A stretch of DNA of 64,000 nucleotides, taken from contig CDRNST010000196.1 of the NCBI GenBank assembly GCA_977016875.1, positions 1,178,001 to 1,242,000 of the forward strand. The letters run 5' to 3'. Both the position numbers and the translations under genes were made by a program. Below are positions 62,791 to 64,000 of this stretch, in pieces (position 1 is the first letter of the stretch; every line of letters begins with the position of its first letter). The notes under the pieces are model-generated. The model was not told where the DNA came from and ran no database searches. It saw nothing but the letters and a program-made list of their open reading frames with translations. Origin of the DNA: Pavona decussata. Taxonomy: Eukaryota.

Positions 62791-64000
62791 CTATAGATAA
62801 AGTCATTTTAATGCAATAATTTTAATAAAACCTTAACAGCTCCTGATTATAATTTAACAAAAATAAAATAGCAAACATGTTTACAGTTGACGTGATGAAA
62901 CTAAACATTTTATGTTAACTTCTTAGCATCATGATGAGAGTACTATTGGATTCTACCAAGAGTTCCTCAATTGTCTCCATTGATCAAACAGTTTATGTGA
63001 ACACTTTTCATTTTTAATGAAATATACCTGGAAAAATCGCGTCACATCACGCCATGGTATATTGAACCAACTATCATAGATAGTGAATAACAGCAAAATT
63101 AAGTTCATTTAATAATTACCACCCATTCCTTCTGTGATGGTAGTTTCTCAATGCTATCATTTGTATTCCAGTACAGGGCAAGACTGTCAAGTTTAGCAAG
63201 CTGAAAAATAAAAAAGTGCAATTATGTAAGTTGTTAACTAGAAAGAGTTCCAATTGATAAAATAAATTTGTGTAGCTCCAAAAAATATCCACACCCCTCC
63301 CAAACAATTTTGTTTTGTTTTGTTTAGAACCGGCCCATTCATCTGGCAATTGAAATTAAGCTCCCATATCTTCCTTTAAAAAGTTTTTACTTTTGAGACC
63401 CCCCTTTCTTGTTTAACGTGGCTAAATAAACTACTACTACCTCTATAAGGAAATACTTTTCAACACAAACATAAACGCCAACTCTGCCAAGAGCGTGGAG
63501 CCCGCATATGAAATGGTGAATCTCCCAATCTCCTGTACAGGTGACCAAATCTTTCCAGATAAAAGCCACAGTTTTTGAACTTTTTCCTATTTTTAACCCT
63601 AAATTTTCCAACTTCTATTGTCATATCATGTTGAAACTCATGTTTTAAGTAACCATAACTTGCTCAATTTTTCATTCATGTTTCCTTCAACATTACAGAC
63701 ATTAACAGAATCGGATGGAAATGGATCAATTCTGCAGGGAAGTGGGGGGAGGGTGTGGTGGGTTGATACTCTTAAGGGGGAGGAGTGGGGTGATGATAGG
63801 GGATTGGCACAGTAAAAGAAAATATCTTCAGATTTCAGATCTACAGAGGTTGGTATCTCTGCATTTAAGGATAAAACGTCCTTCAGTTAAGTGAAGCATT
63901 AAATCAATTGAGTAAATCTAAACCTAATTTTATATAAAAAAGTCTGACTTAGTTTTTTGCAAAATGTTTATTATGGATGCCTCACCTTATGCACAAGTTG

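Overview
Eukaryotic, AT-rich, intron-dense genomic DNA; the repeat families resemble those I recall from stony-coral/anthozoan genomes (organism is inference only). The whole window lies inside one minus-strand gene, a VPS13A/C-like bridge lipid-transfer protein. I hand-traced 66 coding exons from 62790 down to 718 with compatible splice phases (8004 nt, about 2668 aa), running from the N-terminal region through the RBG repeats into the VAB/SHR-BD repeats; both gene ends lie outside the window. The most notable observation is three paralogous symmetric phase 1-1 exons (375/378/378 nt; 17928-20995), each encoding a tandem Tudor/SH3-like double-barrel module, inserted into a loop that is short in human VPS13A/C. 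At the position of the VAP-binding FFAT motif the gene carries two STARD3-like phospho-FFAT candidates on duplicated exons. Introns contain a nearly intact DD37E Tc1/mariner element, a Mutator-like element with a 9-bp TSD, a decayed Ty3/gypsy retrotransposon, a GC-AG intron, long hairpins and many MITEs/SINEs.
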